Assembly: GCA_965116925.1 (NCBI GenBank)
Contig: OZ220744.1
Location: 1,984,001 to 2,048,000, forward strand
Direction of reading: 5' to 3'
DNA from: Candidatus Poribacteria bacterium
GTDB lineage: Bacteria > Poribacteria > WGA-4E > PCPOR2b
Length of the DNA: 64,000 nucleotides
The notes below the pieces were generated by a model. That model made no database searches, was not told where the DNA came from, and was given only the letters and a program-made list of their open reading frames with translations. A program made the translations under genes and the position numbers. Shown here in pieces: positions 18,658 through 29,041 of the stretch (position 1 is the stretch's first letter; every line of letters begins with the position of its first letter).

Positions 18658-18882
18658 ATGCGATCGTTCAAGATTATTGTTGAAAAGCATACGGAGGGTT
18701 ATGTCGCCTATCCGCTTGGTTTGAAGGGGGTCGTGGTCGGTGAAGGTGATACCTATCAGCAAGCGATAGCTGATGTAACCTCTGCGATCGAATTTCACAT
18801 TGAAACATTCGGTGCTGAAGTACTTGAGAGTGAGGAACCTGTCTTAGACGTATTTATAGCAGAAACAGGAGTTGCTGTCTAA
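18658..18882 (+). CDS. hicB: HicB family antitoxin
   Basis: 74 aa, GYVAYP.GL.G...GEGDT pattern. Confidence 0.85.
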   Translation: MRSFKIIVEKHTEGYVAYPLGLKGVVVGEGDTYQQAIADVTSAIEFHIETFGAEVLESEEPVLDVFIAETGVAV

Positions 18883-18947
18883 TGCGGCGCTTTCCAGTTG
18901 ATGTTCCCAAGTCCCAAGCGATTAAAACGTCAGAAAAGTTAGGGTAG
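18882..18947 (+). pseudogene. Truncated HicA-like toxin
   Basis: ATG overlaps the hicB stop. Reads MRRFPVDVPKSQAIKTSEKLG*, a HicA-like first helix only. Confidence 0.65.
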
Positions 18948-18997
18948 TTTGACTTACTATTGTATCTTTCATTAGGAATAGTTTTAGGAGAAGAATA

Positions 18998-20044
18998 ATG
19001 CCGAATGTAGCACCCGAACGGTTGCGTAAAATTGCGGCGGACATTTTTGAAGCAGCAAATGTCCCCGCCGAAGACGCACAGATCATTAGCGAAATCCTTG
19101 TAGATGCCAATCTTGCAGGGCACGACTCACACGGAGTGATTCGCATTCCGCAATATATGGGTTTCATAGAAGCCGGGCAGATTGACCCTCGTGCCACGAT
19201 GGAGATCGAGCGTGAATCTCCGTCACATGCCTTGATTAACGGCAACTGGGGGTTTGGTCACGTCATCGCGCAACGGTCGATGTCGCTAGCGATCCGCAAG
19301 GCGCAAGCGAGTACCGTCAGTGCGGTTAGCATCTACGACTGTAATCACATCGGCAGGATCGGCAGCTATGCCATGATGGCAGCAAAAGCGGGTTTGATCG
19401 GAATAGTAATGGTGAACGCGGGAGGGGCCGCGCTCTACGTCGCACCGTTTGGCGGCAGCGACGGACGACTTGCGACCAACCCCATTGCGATTGCTTCCCC
19501 GACGCGGGGCGATGAGCCTATTGTGCTGGACATCACAAGCAGTGTGGTGGCGCAAGGGAAGATTCGCGTTGCGTTAAATCGCGAGGATAGCGTTCCGCTC
19601 GGCTGGTTGATTAACGGTAAAGGTGAACCGACCACAGATCCACGCGACCTCAATGGTCCACCGCCCGGTGCATTACTGCCACTTGGAGGCATTGCAGGAC
19701 ACAAGGGGTTCGCACTTGGCTTGATGATTGATGTGCTGGGAGGAGCACTATCGGGTGCTGGTTGTAGCGGTTCCGGCACAACAACAGTCCAAAACGGCGT
19801 GCTGATGATAGCAATTAACATCGCACAATTTACGCCGATGGAGGATTTCTACGGACGTGTTGATGCGCTTGTCGAGCATGTAAAAGCGTCGCCGCCGGCT
19901 CCCGGTTTCGATGAGATTCTCGTCCCCGGCGAAATTGAGTCGCGTCAAACGAAACAGCGTTCAAGCGAGGGAATTCCTGTTGACGACGAAACATGGCGAC
20001 AAATCCAAGAGACAGCGGCGGCGGTCGGGGTTTCGGAGCTTTAG
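18998..20044 (+). CDS. Ldh_2 family (malate/L-lactate/sulfolactate-type) oxidoreductase
   Basis: GHDSHG, NHIGRIG, TNPIA and GHKGFAL motifs. Confidence 0.9.
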   Translation: MPNVAPERLRKIAADIFEAANVPAEDAQIISEILVDANLAGHDSHGVIRIPQYMGFIEAGQIDPRATMEIERESPSHALINGNWGFGHVIAQRSMSLAIRKAQASTVSAVSIYDCNHIGRIGSYAMMAAKAGLIGIVMVNAGGAALYVAPFGGSDGRLATNPIAIASPTRGDEPIVLDITSSVVAQGKIRVALNREDSVPLGWLINGKGEPTTDPRDLNGPPPGALLPLGGIAGHKGFALGLMIDVLGGALSGAGCSGSGTTTVQNGVLMIAINIAQFTPMEDFYGRVDALVEHVKASPPAPGFDEILVPGEIESRQTKQRSSEGIPVDDETWRQIQETAAAVGVSEL

Positions 20045-20076
20045 AGGGCATCTTGAAAGTTAAGTAGAGGGGTATC

Positions 20077-22755
20077 ATGGCGAGAAAATCGAAACTTTCC
20101 CCTTTGATGGAACAGTACAGGCAATCAAAAAAACAGTATCCTGATTCGATTCTGCTCTGTCGTGTCGGAGACTTCTACGAAGCGTTCTACGAGGACGCTG
20201 AACTGATTGCTCGCGTTCTGGAAATTGCGTTGACATCGAGAGATAAGGACAGCGTGGGAGGCGCGATCCCGATGGCGGGTGTCCCGCATCACGCGCTGGA
20301 TTCATATCTTTACAAGTTGGTAAATTCGGGCTATAAAGTCGCAATTTTGGAGCAGGTCGAGGACGCAAAAAAAGCGAGGGAAGAGAATCGGCTTGTCAAA
20401 CGTAATCTTGTCCGTATTGTGACCGCCGGGACTGTTACAGATCCAAAGATTCTGGATGGGAAAACAAATAACTATCTGATCAGCATTTATCTCCTAAAAG
20501 ACAGTTACGGCTTGGCAGCTGTAGATCTTTCGACCGGAGAATTTACGGTAACGGAGCTAGAAAACTTAGCAAAACTCTGGTCAGAAATTCATCGGCTCGC
20601 CCCGAAAGAATGCCTGTTTTCCGAGGATTTCGATGACCCGGAAATAGTAGCGCAGATTGAAACGGACCTGAAAGCGGTTGTAAACTATCTCCCGGATTGG
20701 CGTTTCTCGTTTGATACGGCACGGTCTGAACTGCTCCAGCATTTTAACACACTTTCCTTAGATGGCTTTGGGTGCGAACATCTGCCCGCTGCGATCTGTG
20801 CGGCGGGAGCGTTGGTCTATTACCTCTACGAAACCCAGAAACAGGAGGTAAAACATATTGTTTCTCTCCACACCTACACCATTTCAGACTTTATGCTTCT
20901 GGAAGCGGATACGCAGCGGAATTTGGAGTTGACAACCTCGATCCGCGACGGTTCGTCGAAAGGAACGCTGCTAGAAGTGATGGACGAAACTGTGACACCG
21001 ATGGGAGCGCGAAAACTCCGTCAGTGTATCCTGCAACCGCTGCTGCAGCCAGCAGAGATTAACTCACGTTTGGACGCTGTTGATGAGTTGAAAAATCGCA
21101 TTGGGTTACAGGAGGAGTTACGGGAGCGGCTGACTAAAGTGTACGACATGGAGCGACTGATTTCTCGCATCAGTCTGGGTTCGGCGAATGCCCGAGATCT
21201 CATCGCGCTGAAAGACTCCCTGCGCCTGCTGCCGGATATCAAGGCACAGCTCAACGACTGTGAATCCTCGCTATTGCAGACCTTGAATGAAAACCTTGAC
21301 CCACTGACAGAATTAGCGGATTTAATTGAAGTCTCCATCCACCCCGACCCACCGGCGACGATCCGTGAAGGCAGATTAATCAACGATGGCTACAACGAAC
21401 AGTTAGATGAGTTGCGTGAAATCACCAGCGAGGGAAAAAACTGGATCGCGGAACTTCAACAGAAAGAGCGTGATCGAGTAAACATCCCTTCACTGAAGAT
21501 CGGATTCAATCAGGTCTTTGGATATTACATCGAGGTTACCAAGCCGAACCTACACCTTGTCCCAGAATATTATATCCGTAAACAGACATTGACCAATGCC
21601 GAGCGGTTCATTACGCCGGAACTCAAAGAGCGAGAATCACAGATTCTGAACGCACAGGATCAGATTCAGACCCTCGAATATGATATCTTCTGTGAGATGC
21701 GTGCCCAAGTTGCGGCTGAAACTGAAGGGATACAGAAAGCCGCTGCCGTAGTTGCCATGATTGATGTCGCCGCCGGGCTTGCTTATATCGCCTCTAAATA
21801 CGATTACGCCAAGCCGATTATTGATGAAAGTGATGAGCTCATTGTCAAGAACGGGCGGCACCCCGTTGTGGAACGCCTTTTTACGAGGGAAGGGTTTGTT
21901 CCTAATGACACAGGATTGAACTGCCGGGACCAGCAGATGCACATTATCACCGGTCCGAATATGAGTGGCAAAAGTACATTTCTCCGTCAGACGGCACTCA
22001 TCACCTTGATGGCGCAGATGGGCAGCTTTGTTCCTGCGTCCGCAGCGAAGGTCGGCATTGTAGACCGGATTTTCACCCGCGTCGGTGCCTCTGATAACCT
22101 TGTGATGGGACAGAGTACCTTCCTCGTGGAGATGAACGAAACGGCAAATATCCTGAACAACGCAACGCGCAAGAGCCTGATTATCCTTGACGAGATCGGG
22201 CGCGGCACGAGTACATTTGATGGACTGAGCATTGCGTGGGCGGTTGCGGAGTATATCTTGGATGAAAAGCGGATCGGTGCGAAAACACTGTTTGCGACCC
22301 ACTATCATGAATTAATCGAACTCGCCGGCAAATATAAGAACGTGAAAAACTACAATGTCGCTGTCCATGAAGATGGCGAAACGGTAACTTTCTTACGAAA
22401 GGTTGTGGAAGGCGGCACGGACCAGAGCTACGGTATCCACGTTGCACGTCTTGCCGGGTTGCCACAGGCAGTCATTGAGCGGGCAAACCAGATCCTTGAG
22501 GTCCTCGAACAGCACAATCTAAGTATCGAAGGCGAGGAATCGGATCAGTCTTCACCAAAATCGGTTCCGAAAGCCCCACGCCCTCGCCGCCGAATGTCGA
22601 AATCTACCTTCCAAGGAGATTCACTCCAACTCGCTCTGTTTACGCCGAAGACGCATCCCATTGTTGAGGAGCTTCGGAATACTGAACTGAATCAGATGAC
22701 TCCGATGGATGCGTTGAATTTAATCTATCATCTGAAGGCAAAAGCAGAGGAATGA
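20077..22755 (+). CDS. mutS: DNA mismatch repair protein MutS
   Basis: GDFYE, TGPNMSGKST, DEIGRGTST, FATHY and SYGIHVA motifs. Confidence 0.97.
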   Translation: MARKSKLSPLMEQYRQSKKQYPDSILLCRVGDFYEAFYEDAELIARVLEIALTSRDKDSVGGAIPMAGVPHHALDSYLYKLVNSGYKVAILEQVEDAKKAREENRLVKRNLVRIVTAGTVTDPKILDGKTNNYLISIYLLKDSYGLAAVDLSTGEFTVTELENLAKLWSEIHRLAPKECLFSEDFDDPEIVAQIETDLKAVVNYLPDWRFSFDTARSELLQHFNTLSLDGFGCEHLPAAICAAGALVYYLYETQKQEVKHIVSLHTYTISDFMLLEADTQRNLELTTSIRDGSSKGTLLEVMDETVTPMGARKLRQCILQPLLQPAEINSRLDAVDELKNRIGLQEELRERLTKVYDMERLISRISLGSANARDLIALKDSLRLLPDIKAQLNDCESSLLQTLNENLDPLTELADLIEVSIHPDPPATIREGRLINDGYNEQLDELREITSEGKNWIAELQQKERDRVNIPSLKIGFNQVFGYYIEVTKPNLHLVPEYYIRKQTLTNAERFITPELKERESQILNAQDQIQTLEYDIFCEMRAQVAAETEGIQKAAAVVAMIDVAAGLAYIASKYDYAKPIIDESDELIVKNGRHPVVERLFTREGFVPNDTGLNCRDQQMHIITGPNMSGKSTFLRQTALITLMAQMGSFVPASAAKVGIVDRIFTRVGASDNLVMGQSTFLVEMNETANILNNATRKSLIILDEIGRGTSTFDGLSIAWAVAEYILDEKRIGAKTLFATHYHELIELAGKYKNVKNYNVAVHEDGETVTFLRKVVEGGTDQSYGIHVARLAGLPQAVIERANQILEVLEQHNLSIEGEESDQSSPKSVPKAPRPRRRMSKSTFQGDSLQLALFTPKTHPIVEELRNTELNQMTPMDALNLIYHLKAKAEE

Positions 22756-22769
22756 GGCTTTAATCCTAA

Positions 22770-22933
22770 TAGGAGTTACGCACTTCAGTAGTGAACAACG
22801 ATCGTTGTTCACTACGGGATACTTGATGGGGCGCTTGCTGTAGTTGCCTGATTCATCAGGCATTGGAAATTATGTCCTACGGCGATGAATCGCCGAACTA
22901 CGGAGCTTGGGATATTCAACTGGGTAACTCCTA
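22770..22933. mobile_element. MITE family B
   Basis: taggagttacgca...tgggtaactccta with 5-bp repeat cctaa on both sides. Confidence 0.8.
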
Positions 22934-23115
22934 CCTAATTGATTATAAATCTTTGGTGTTAGTCGGTGAGGTCCTCGTTTCCACATCGTCCACATCAGTA
23001 CATTAACTGTTTTCACGTTTTACGCATCACGTTTCACGCTCAGAGTTTGACTGGAGAGCGTATCACGAGTTGCAAATTAGTACTATTGGTTATTTTGGTT
23101 ATTAAGGAGCCAACT

Positions 23116-24123
23116 ATGTCTAAAATTCGATTGGGAATTATCGGTTGTGGAGGCAATTCGTCGGGTCATGCCCGCCGTATGAATGAAAATCCCGATGTTC
23201 AGATTGTCAGCACCTGTGATGTGAACACTGACATCGCTAATAGTTATATCGATCGTAACCTACCAGAGTTGGATCCGCGTCCAGCTGCCTACGATAATAT
23301 CCCAACAATGCTCGCCGAAACAACACCCGATGCGGTGGTGATTTCTACGCCGCACACCCTCCACTTTGAACACAGTATGCACGCCCTCAATGCGGGTTGT
23401 CATGTATTGGTAGAAAAGCCGATGGTGACAGCAGCGCAGGACGCATATACCCTAGCTGAGAAGGTCAAAGAGACGGGTAAGGTATTTACCATTGGCTATA
23501 ATACCCCTTGTTCATCGAACTTTTACTACGTGCGTGAATCCATCCGCAATCAGACATTCGGTAAGCTGGAATTGGTAACAGGCTACATCACGCAGAACTG
23601 GCTTCGCGCAACGAAGGGGGCGTGGCGACAGGTTCCTGAGTTGTCTGGCGGTGGGCAAGCGTATGACAGTGGGGCGCATCTGTTCAACAGCCTATGCTGG
23701 TCTGTTGAATCTAATGTTGCTGAGGTTCATTCCTTCATTGATAATTGCGGCGCGGCGGTTGATATCAACAGCTCAACCAACATTCGGTTTGAGAACGGGG
23801 TTTTCGCGAGTATTGTCGTCAGCGGCAACTGCCCAAGTCCCGGGGGCACTCACATGGCGTTGATTTTTGATAACGGTCGAATCGAAGTTGACGGTTGGGG
23901 CGGCGGCTGGATTCGGGTCTATGAAGGTGGAGAACAGCTTGATCCACCGCCAATTACTGATGAGATGGCCGCGGGTTCACCGGACGACAATTTCATTGAT
24001 GCCATTCTGGGGCGCGCTGAACCACGCACCAGCCCGATGAACGGGATTATCCAATCGGAGTTGATGGACGCTATCTACGAATCGGGACGCACCGGTCTGC
24101 CCGCTAAACCTGTACGGAGATAA
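23116..24123 (+). CDS. Gfo/Idh/MocA oxidoreductase
   Basis: GIIGCG, VEKPM and GGG..YDSGAH motifs. AAGGAG RBS. Confidence 0.9.
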   Translation: MSKIRLGIIGCGGNSSGHARRMNENPDVQIVSTCDVNTDIANSYIDRNLPELDPRPAAYDNIPTMLAETTPDAVVISTPHTLHFEHSMHALNAGCHVLVEKPMVTAAQDAYTLAEKVKETGKVFTIGYNTPCSSNFYYVRESIRNQTFGKLELVTGYITQNWLRATKGAWRQVPELSGGGQAYDSGAHLFNSLCWSVESNVAEVHSFIDNCGAAVDINSSTNIRFENGVFASIVVSGNCPSPGGTHMALIFDNGRIEVDGWGGGWIRVYEGGEQLDPPPITDEMAAGSPDDNFIDAILGRAEPRTSPMNGIIQSELMDAIYESGRTGLPAKPVRR

Positions 24124-24165
24124 TATACCGACTGCGTTTCACGTTTTGAGGAACGGAGGACAGCT

Positions 24166-25239
24166 ATGCAAACATATCGTGCGGCGGTTATCGGCTGTAG
24201 CCGAATGGGTGCCTTTATCGACAACGAAAAGGTCGGACATCTTGCGTCTGAGGTGGCAAACTACCTAGCGCATAATTTTCCGGTATCACATGCTGCCAGT
24301 TTTTTTGCGGAGGAGCGGACAGACCTCATCGCTTGCTCCGATCTCCGTACCGAAGTGATGGCGGAATTCGGAAAGCGATACAACGTCCCGGCTGAACGGC
24401 AGTATACCGATTATCGGGAGATGCTTGAAAAAGAGCAGCCCGACATCGTTAGCGTTGCGACGCAGCCAGAACACCGTGCGGAGGTCGTTATCTACGCTGC
24501 GGAGCACGGTGTCAAAGCCATCTACGCGGAAAAAGCGATGGCGGCATCGATGGACGAAGCGGCTGCGATGGTGGAGGCGGTCGAGCGCAACGGCGTCGCG
24601 TTTAATCTGGGCACCAACCGTCGTTGGGACACCGGCTTCGACAAGATGAAAGAGATCATTGATAGCGGTGAGTTGGGTGCGCTTCGGACGTTGATTATTT
24701 ACGGCAATGGATCGCTTTTCAACACCGCTAGCCATAACTTCGATCTCATCCTGCGGCTCAACAGCGATGCCCCCGCATCTTGGGTTTCGGCACATCTTCC
24801 AGAGGGAGATTCAATCATTGATGGGAATATCGTCCGAGAAGATCCAAGCGGACAGGGGATGATCCAGTTCTCAAACGGCGTGACAGCACACGCGCTGCTC
24901 GCGCAGCTGGGCTGGGAGGCAATCTGCGATAAGGGAAGCATCAGTAGTCATAGAGATGGTGCGATGTGGCAAATCCGCCGTCACAACCGGCTTGAATCCT
25001 TCCCTAGATATGAACGCACCAGCAGCGGTGCCAATATCGTCAAAGACCTGGTTCATGCGTTGGATACGGGTGAACCGACACGCGGCGGGGTTCGTGTCGC
25101 CCACGCAAGCACGGAGTTGATTTTTGCGTTCATGGAATCCCATTTGCGGAATGGTGAACGTATCGAACTCCCGTTGAAGGGAAGCAAGCTGCGCTTACAG
25201 CGTGACCGTGCGCCAAGACAGCCGAGATTTCAGCCGTAA
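24166..25239 (+). CDS. Gfo/Idh/MocA oxidoreductase
   Basis: [13 protein letters not shown] and AEKAM motifs. Confidence 0.88.
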   Translation: MQTYRAAVIGCSRMGAFIDNEKVGHLASEVANYLAHNFPVSHAASFFAEERTDLIACSDLRTEVMAEFGKRYNVPAERQYTDYREMLEKEQPDIVSVATQPEHRAEVVIYAAEHGVKAIYAEKAMAASMDEAAAMVEAVERNGVAFNLGTNRRWDTGFDKMKEIIDSGELGALRTLIIYGNGSLFNTASHNFDLILRLNSDAPASWVSAHLPEGDSIIDGNIVREDPSGQGMIQFSNGVTAHALLAQLGWEAICDKGSISSHRDGAMWQIRRHNRLESFPRYERTSSGANIVKDLVHALDTGEPTRGGVRVAHASTELIFAFMESHLRNGERIELPLKGSKLRLQRDRAPRQPRFQP

Positions 25240-25267
25240 TAAACAACTGTTGCAAAGAGGAGACGCT

Positions 25268-25621
25268 ATGGCAGAAGAAACGATTTTTAGCAAAATTATC
25301 CGGAAAGAGATTCCCGCCGACATCGTGTATCAAGATGATTTGGTCACCGCTTTTCGGGACATCAAACCTCAGACGCCCACACATATCTTAATTATTCCGA
25401 ACAAATTGATCCCCACTTCTGACGACGTGACGCCTGAAGATGAGCCGGCTTTGGGGCGAATGTTCACAGTGGCGGCAAAGATTGCTAGAGAAGAAGGGAT
25501 TGCTGAAGATGGTTACCGTTTAATTATCAATTGCCGGGAGCATGGTCTGCAGGAAATTTATCATCTGCACATGCACCTCGTCGGTGGCCGTCAGTTGGGG
25601 CGAATGCTGTCGAGACAGTGA
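25268..25621 (+). CDS. hinT: Histidine triad nucleotide-binding protein
   Basis: ETIFSKII and HLHMH motifs. Confidence 0.92.
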   Translation: MAEETIFSKIIRKEIPADIVYQDDLVTAFRDIKPQTPTHILIIPNKLIPTSDDVTPEDEPALGRMFTVAAKIAREEGIAEDGYRLIINCREHGLQEIYHLHMHLVGGRQLGRMLSRQ

Positions 25622-25630
25622 CGCTCGGTT

Positions 25631-26854
25631 TCACGCCCGGAGGTCGAAGATAGTTTTCACCGCACCGGACCTCCCGGTGGACATCGCAGCTTGGATAGCT
25701 CGGCGATACTCTTTGAGTGAAAACCGTTCGCCGATTAGCGGAAGTAGCCTATCTCTCATCTGCTCTAACAATCTAATTCCGAGTGTAAAGGTCCGAATCT
25801 CCTCACCTGCGTAGCTTTCCACCCCATAGGTATATGCGCCGCTGACCTGCAATTCCTTATACCAAACCGATGTCCAGTCGATATTTTTCGGGATGGCGGG
25901 CATCCCCACAAGCATAACGCGCCCTTGGGCTCGTGTAAAGCGGAGGGCATCGTCAATCGTTGTAGCGGATGCAACACAATCAAACGTCACATCAACGCCG
26001 CCGAGTAGGACAGGTTTACCGAGTTCCGGCTGATAGCTTTCCGCCCCTGTTAAGCCACAGAAATTTGCATAGAGCGACTTGTCGGAGGAGAGGATTTCAT
26101 CTGCGCCGAGTTCGCGTGCGAGTTGACGTTGATGTGGGTATTTGGCGACAATTAAGATGCGGTTCTGTTTCCCAATTGCCCGGATTGCCGCAACGGTGAG
26201 TAGCCCGACCGTCCCCGCACCGATGACTAAGACTTCGTCTGTGTCTTTGAGGTTCGCTTTCAAAACGCCGTGCAAGGCACAGGCAAACGGTTCCAGAAGC
26301 ACAGCAATTTCATCGGAAAGCGAGTCCGGTACGCGATGGATCTGGTTTTTATGGGCTAGGAAGTAAGGACTCCAGCCCCCGCCGGTGTCATGGCAGTATC
26401 CTGTCTGAATGCCTGCGGAGATATTCCCTTGCGTGATATTCTCGCAGTTCGCAAAATGCCCTTGCTGACACTGATGGCAGACAGGTTCAATGCCGCGGAT
26501 TTCGCACGACAACACAGGTTCAATCACAACACGGTCTCCAGTCGCATATCCCTCAACCCGCTCCCCTATCTCCGCAAGTTCTCCCACGACCTCATGGCCA
26601 AGCACGAATGGACATGAAGTGAAGGGCGAGAAATAGGGACTGCCCTTTGCCATGATAGTGGCAAGATCTGAGCCGCATATCCCGCTCAACCGTGTCTTGA
26701 TCTTTACCCAATCCGGAGTCAGCAGTTGTGGCTCGTCAATCTCAGCCAGACGGATACATGAAGCACCGGAAGTATAAAGCCAGTTCCAACGTTTCCCTAA
26801 GAGACGCACCATGAGGTAGCGTGGCACGCTTTTAATATATTGGATAGCTTGCAT
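25631..26854 (-). CDS. Zinc-dependent medium-chain dehydrogenase
   Basis: GICGSD, GHE, structural Zn cysteines and GAGTVG. Confidence 0.88.
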   Translation of the reverse strand: MQAIQYIKSVPRYLMVRLLGKRWNWLYTSGASCIRLAEIDEPQLLTPDWVKIKTRLSGICGSDLATIMAKGSPYFSPFTSCPFVLGHEVVGELAEIGERVEGYATGDRVVIEPVLSCEIRGIEPVCHQCQQGHFANCENITQGNISAGIQTGYCHDTGGGWSPYFLAHKNQIHRVPDSLSDEIAVLLEPFACALHGVLKANLKDTDEVLVIGAGTVGLLTVAAIRAIGKQNRILIVAKYPHQRQLARELGADEILSSDKSLYANFCGLTGAESYQPELGKPVLLGGVDVTFDCVASATTIDDALRFTRAQGRVMLVGMPAIPKNIDWTSVWYKELQVSGAYTYGVESYAGEEIRTFTLGIRLLEQMRDRLLPLIGERFSLKEYRRAIQAAMSTGRSGAVKTIFDLRA

Positions 26855-26889
26855 GGTTTTGTAAAATGGTTGCGGGCGACTATAAAGTG

Positions 26890-27864
26890 CTATTCAAACG
26901 CTACGCCCAACTTGACGCTCTTTTCGGGATAGAGATCCATCTCTTCGTAAGCTTGGGGCGATTCGTCAAACGGCACCACCGGGGAAACAATCTCCTCACA
27001 ATCAAACCGTCCTTCAGAAAGCCACTGCCAGCAGTGATCTGTGATGCGTCCGAAATCCCATCGTGGATGGTCGCGATTGGGATCACTACACGCACGCGCA
27101 AAGATTAGATTCGGAATATCGAAATGTGCGACAGCACCGAGGTCAAGTCCGCCCTTACACTCCTTCATCCAGCCGACGACCGCGACATTACCGCTATACG
27201 CTAACCCACGGATTGCACCGTCCAACGCTTGGTAGTTCGCACTTGTCTCAATTGCGACATCGATTCCCAGTCCGCCTGTCGCTTGCTTCAGTTCCTCCCC
27301 GACATCCACAGCGGTTGGATCGAGCGAAAGGTCTATCCCGATATTTTCAACGACTGCACGTCGCTTGGCGATCGGGTCCACGGCAGCGACAAAGGACGCG
27401 CCAGCCATCTTTGCCATCTGCACGGTCATTTGGCCAATGGCACCAAGTCCAAAGACTGCAACCCTATCTCCCAATCGCACCTGACCATCCCGAATGCCGG
27501 CGAGAGCAAAATGTGCCGGATCATAACAGACCGCTTCTTTCCACGTCATCCGATCGCTCATGCGTAAAGCGCGTGCGGCGTCCCAGGTATGTGTCTCTCG
27601 GAGGTTGCCATATCCGGCGACCCGATCACCAATCGAAAATCCCTCGACACCTTCACCGATTTCGCTAACCCGACCCACGCACATATTTCCCAGACCCATC
27701 GGAAATGACGCACCACGAAATCCGTGATACCCCGTCAACTCCGTGCCCCGTTTGGGCGCGCCAAAGTCCACTTTGATGCGGATATTTCCTGCTGGCACAG
27801 GTCCCTCTTCGTAATCTTGTAGAATAGGCTGCTGCACTGCGATTGCGACTAATTCTTTTGGCAT
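26890..27864 (-). CDS. MDR-family dehydrogenase (non-canonical Zn site)
   Basis: GTE, GDRV and GLGAIG motifs. Confidence 0.8.
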   Translation of the reverse strand: MPKELVAIAVQQPILQDYEEGPVPAGNIRIKVDFGAPKRGTELTGYHGFRGASFPMGLGNMCVGRVSEIGEGVEGFSIGDRVAGYGNLRETHTWDAARALRMSDRMTWKEAVCYDPAHFALAGIRDGQVRLGDRVAVFGLGAIGQMTVQMAKMAGASFVAAVDPIAKRRAVVENIGIDLSLDPTAVDVGEELKQATGGLGIDVAIETSANYQALDGAIRGLAYSGNVAVVGWMKECKGGLDLGAVAHFDIPNLIFARACSDPNRDHPRWDFGRITDHCWQWLSEGRFDCEEIVSPVVPFDESPQAYEEMDLYPEKSVKLGVAFE

Positions 27865-28030
27865 TTTGCTTTCCTTTGCTTTGATTTAATTCCGATCGCC
27901 CTGCTAGGGCTGTATTAGTTCATTGATTACGGCATACGGAGTATGCCTACTACTATTAATTTGGGTTATTGTAACATTGGAGGCAAATTAAATACCAGCG
28001 AATTGTGCAGCGGAGATTCGGATTTCTCTG

Positions 28031-28059
28031 TTGACGCTTTGCCGAAAATCTGCTACAAT
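28031..28059 (+). promoter_or_regulatory. Putative sigma70 promoter
   Basis: TTGACG-17 bp-TACAAT with extended TG. Confidence 0.6.
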
Positions 28060-28129
28060 CACGAATGTGAACAGTAGACATCTTATGCTAATCTGTTCGC
28101 GCTATTCGATCTCACAGACAGGAGAAACC

Positions 28130-28867
28130 ATGATAACCACGCCAGACATTGAACGCCCTCCCAAACAACTTATTGAAACCCTCTCCTCTATCAGCAGCGC
28201 TACCGCTGCCGGTGAGCTTTGTCGCCTCGGTATCCGTGACCCTCAAATCTTGGGGCCCGTTCCTCGCACCCCCGGCAAGGTAGTTGTTGGTCCAGCACTC
28301 ACCCTGCAATTTATGCCCAAACGCGAAGACATCTACGCTGTCGATGAATATAACGATCCCGAAAAACAGCTGCACCGCCACGCGCTCTATCACACCCAAC
28401 CCGGCGATATCATCGTTGTTGATGCGAGGGGCGATATGAGCAGCGGCGTTTTCGGGGAGATGATGTTGACCTTCTTTAAGGGGCGTGGTGGCATCGGTGC
28501 AATCGTAGATGGTTGTATCCGGGACTTTCCATACGCACAGACTCTGGGGTTGGGATTGTGGCTGAAGGGGACAACCCCCAATTTCCATACGCAAACGAAC
28601 ATCTATCCCTACGCGGTCAACGTTCCGGTTGCGTGCGGGGACACCTTGATTATGCCGGGGGATATCATTGTGGCTGATGATGACGGTGCCGTTGTGGTTC
28701 CGATTAAGCTAGCGCCGGAGTTGTGTGAAAAAGCCACCGCCCACTCTGAATGGGAGGATTTCAGTCGCATGAAGCTTGCGGAAGGTGGTCATTTGCGTAA
28801 ATACTATCCCCTCAACGATGAGGCGCGGGCAGAGTACGAAGAGTGGCGCGAAGCCCAAGAAAAATAA
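28130..28867 (+). CDS. RraA family / HMG aldolase-like protein
   Basis: FGEMM, DGCIRD and PGDIIVADDDG motifs. Confidence 0.88.
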   Translation: MITTPDIERPPKQLIETLSSISSATAAGELCRLGIRDPQILGPVPRTPGKVVVGPALTLQFMPKREDIYAVDEYNDPEKQLHRHALYHTQPGDIIVVDARGDMSSGVFGEMMLTFFKGRGGIGAIVDGCIRDFPYAQTLGLGLWLKGTTPNFHTQTNIYPYAVNVPVACGDTLIMPGDIIVADDDGAVVVPIKLAPELCEKATAHSEWEDFSRMKLAEGGHLRKYYPLNDEARAEYEEWREAQEK

Positions 28868-28894
28868 ACCGTCAAAGGACCTTTTATAAGGAGA

Positions 28895-29026
28895 CGCTTG
28901 TGTTAAGATTTAGTGCAAAGAAACCGAATGTTCGTAGGGGTTGGGTCACCCAACCCTTACGGTGGGCGGAGAGACCCCGCCCCTACGATTTCGCTTCGCG
29001 TTTTGCACTTTCTTTTTATATGAGCC
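28895..29026. mobile_element. MITE family C with alternative REP cargo; duplicates the ggt RBS
   Basis: 9-bp repeat ataaggaga at 28886-94 and 29027-35. Confidence 0.8.
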
Positions 29027-29041
29027 ATAAGGAGAAAATCA

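Noticed and set aside
21637..22308. Long antisense ORFs (also 27063, 31066, 33535, 50660)
   Set aside because: Shadow frames of well-supported genes with no recognisable motifs.
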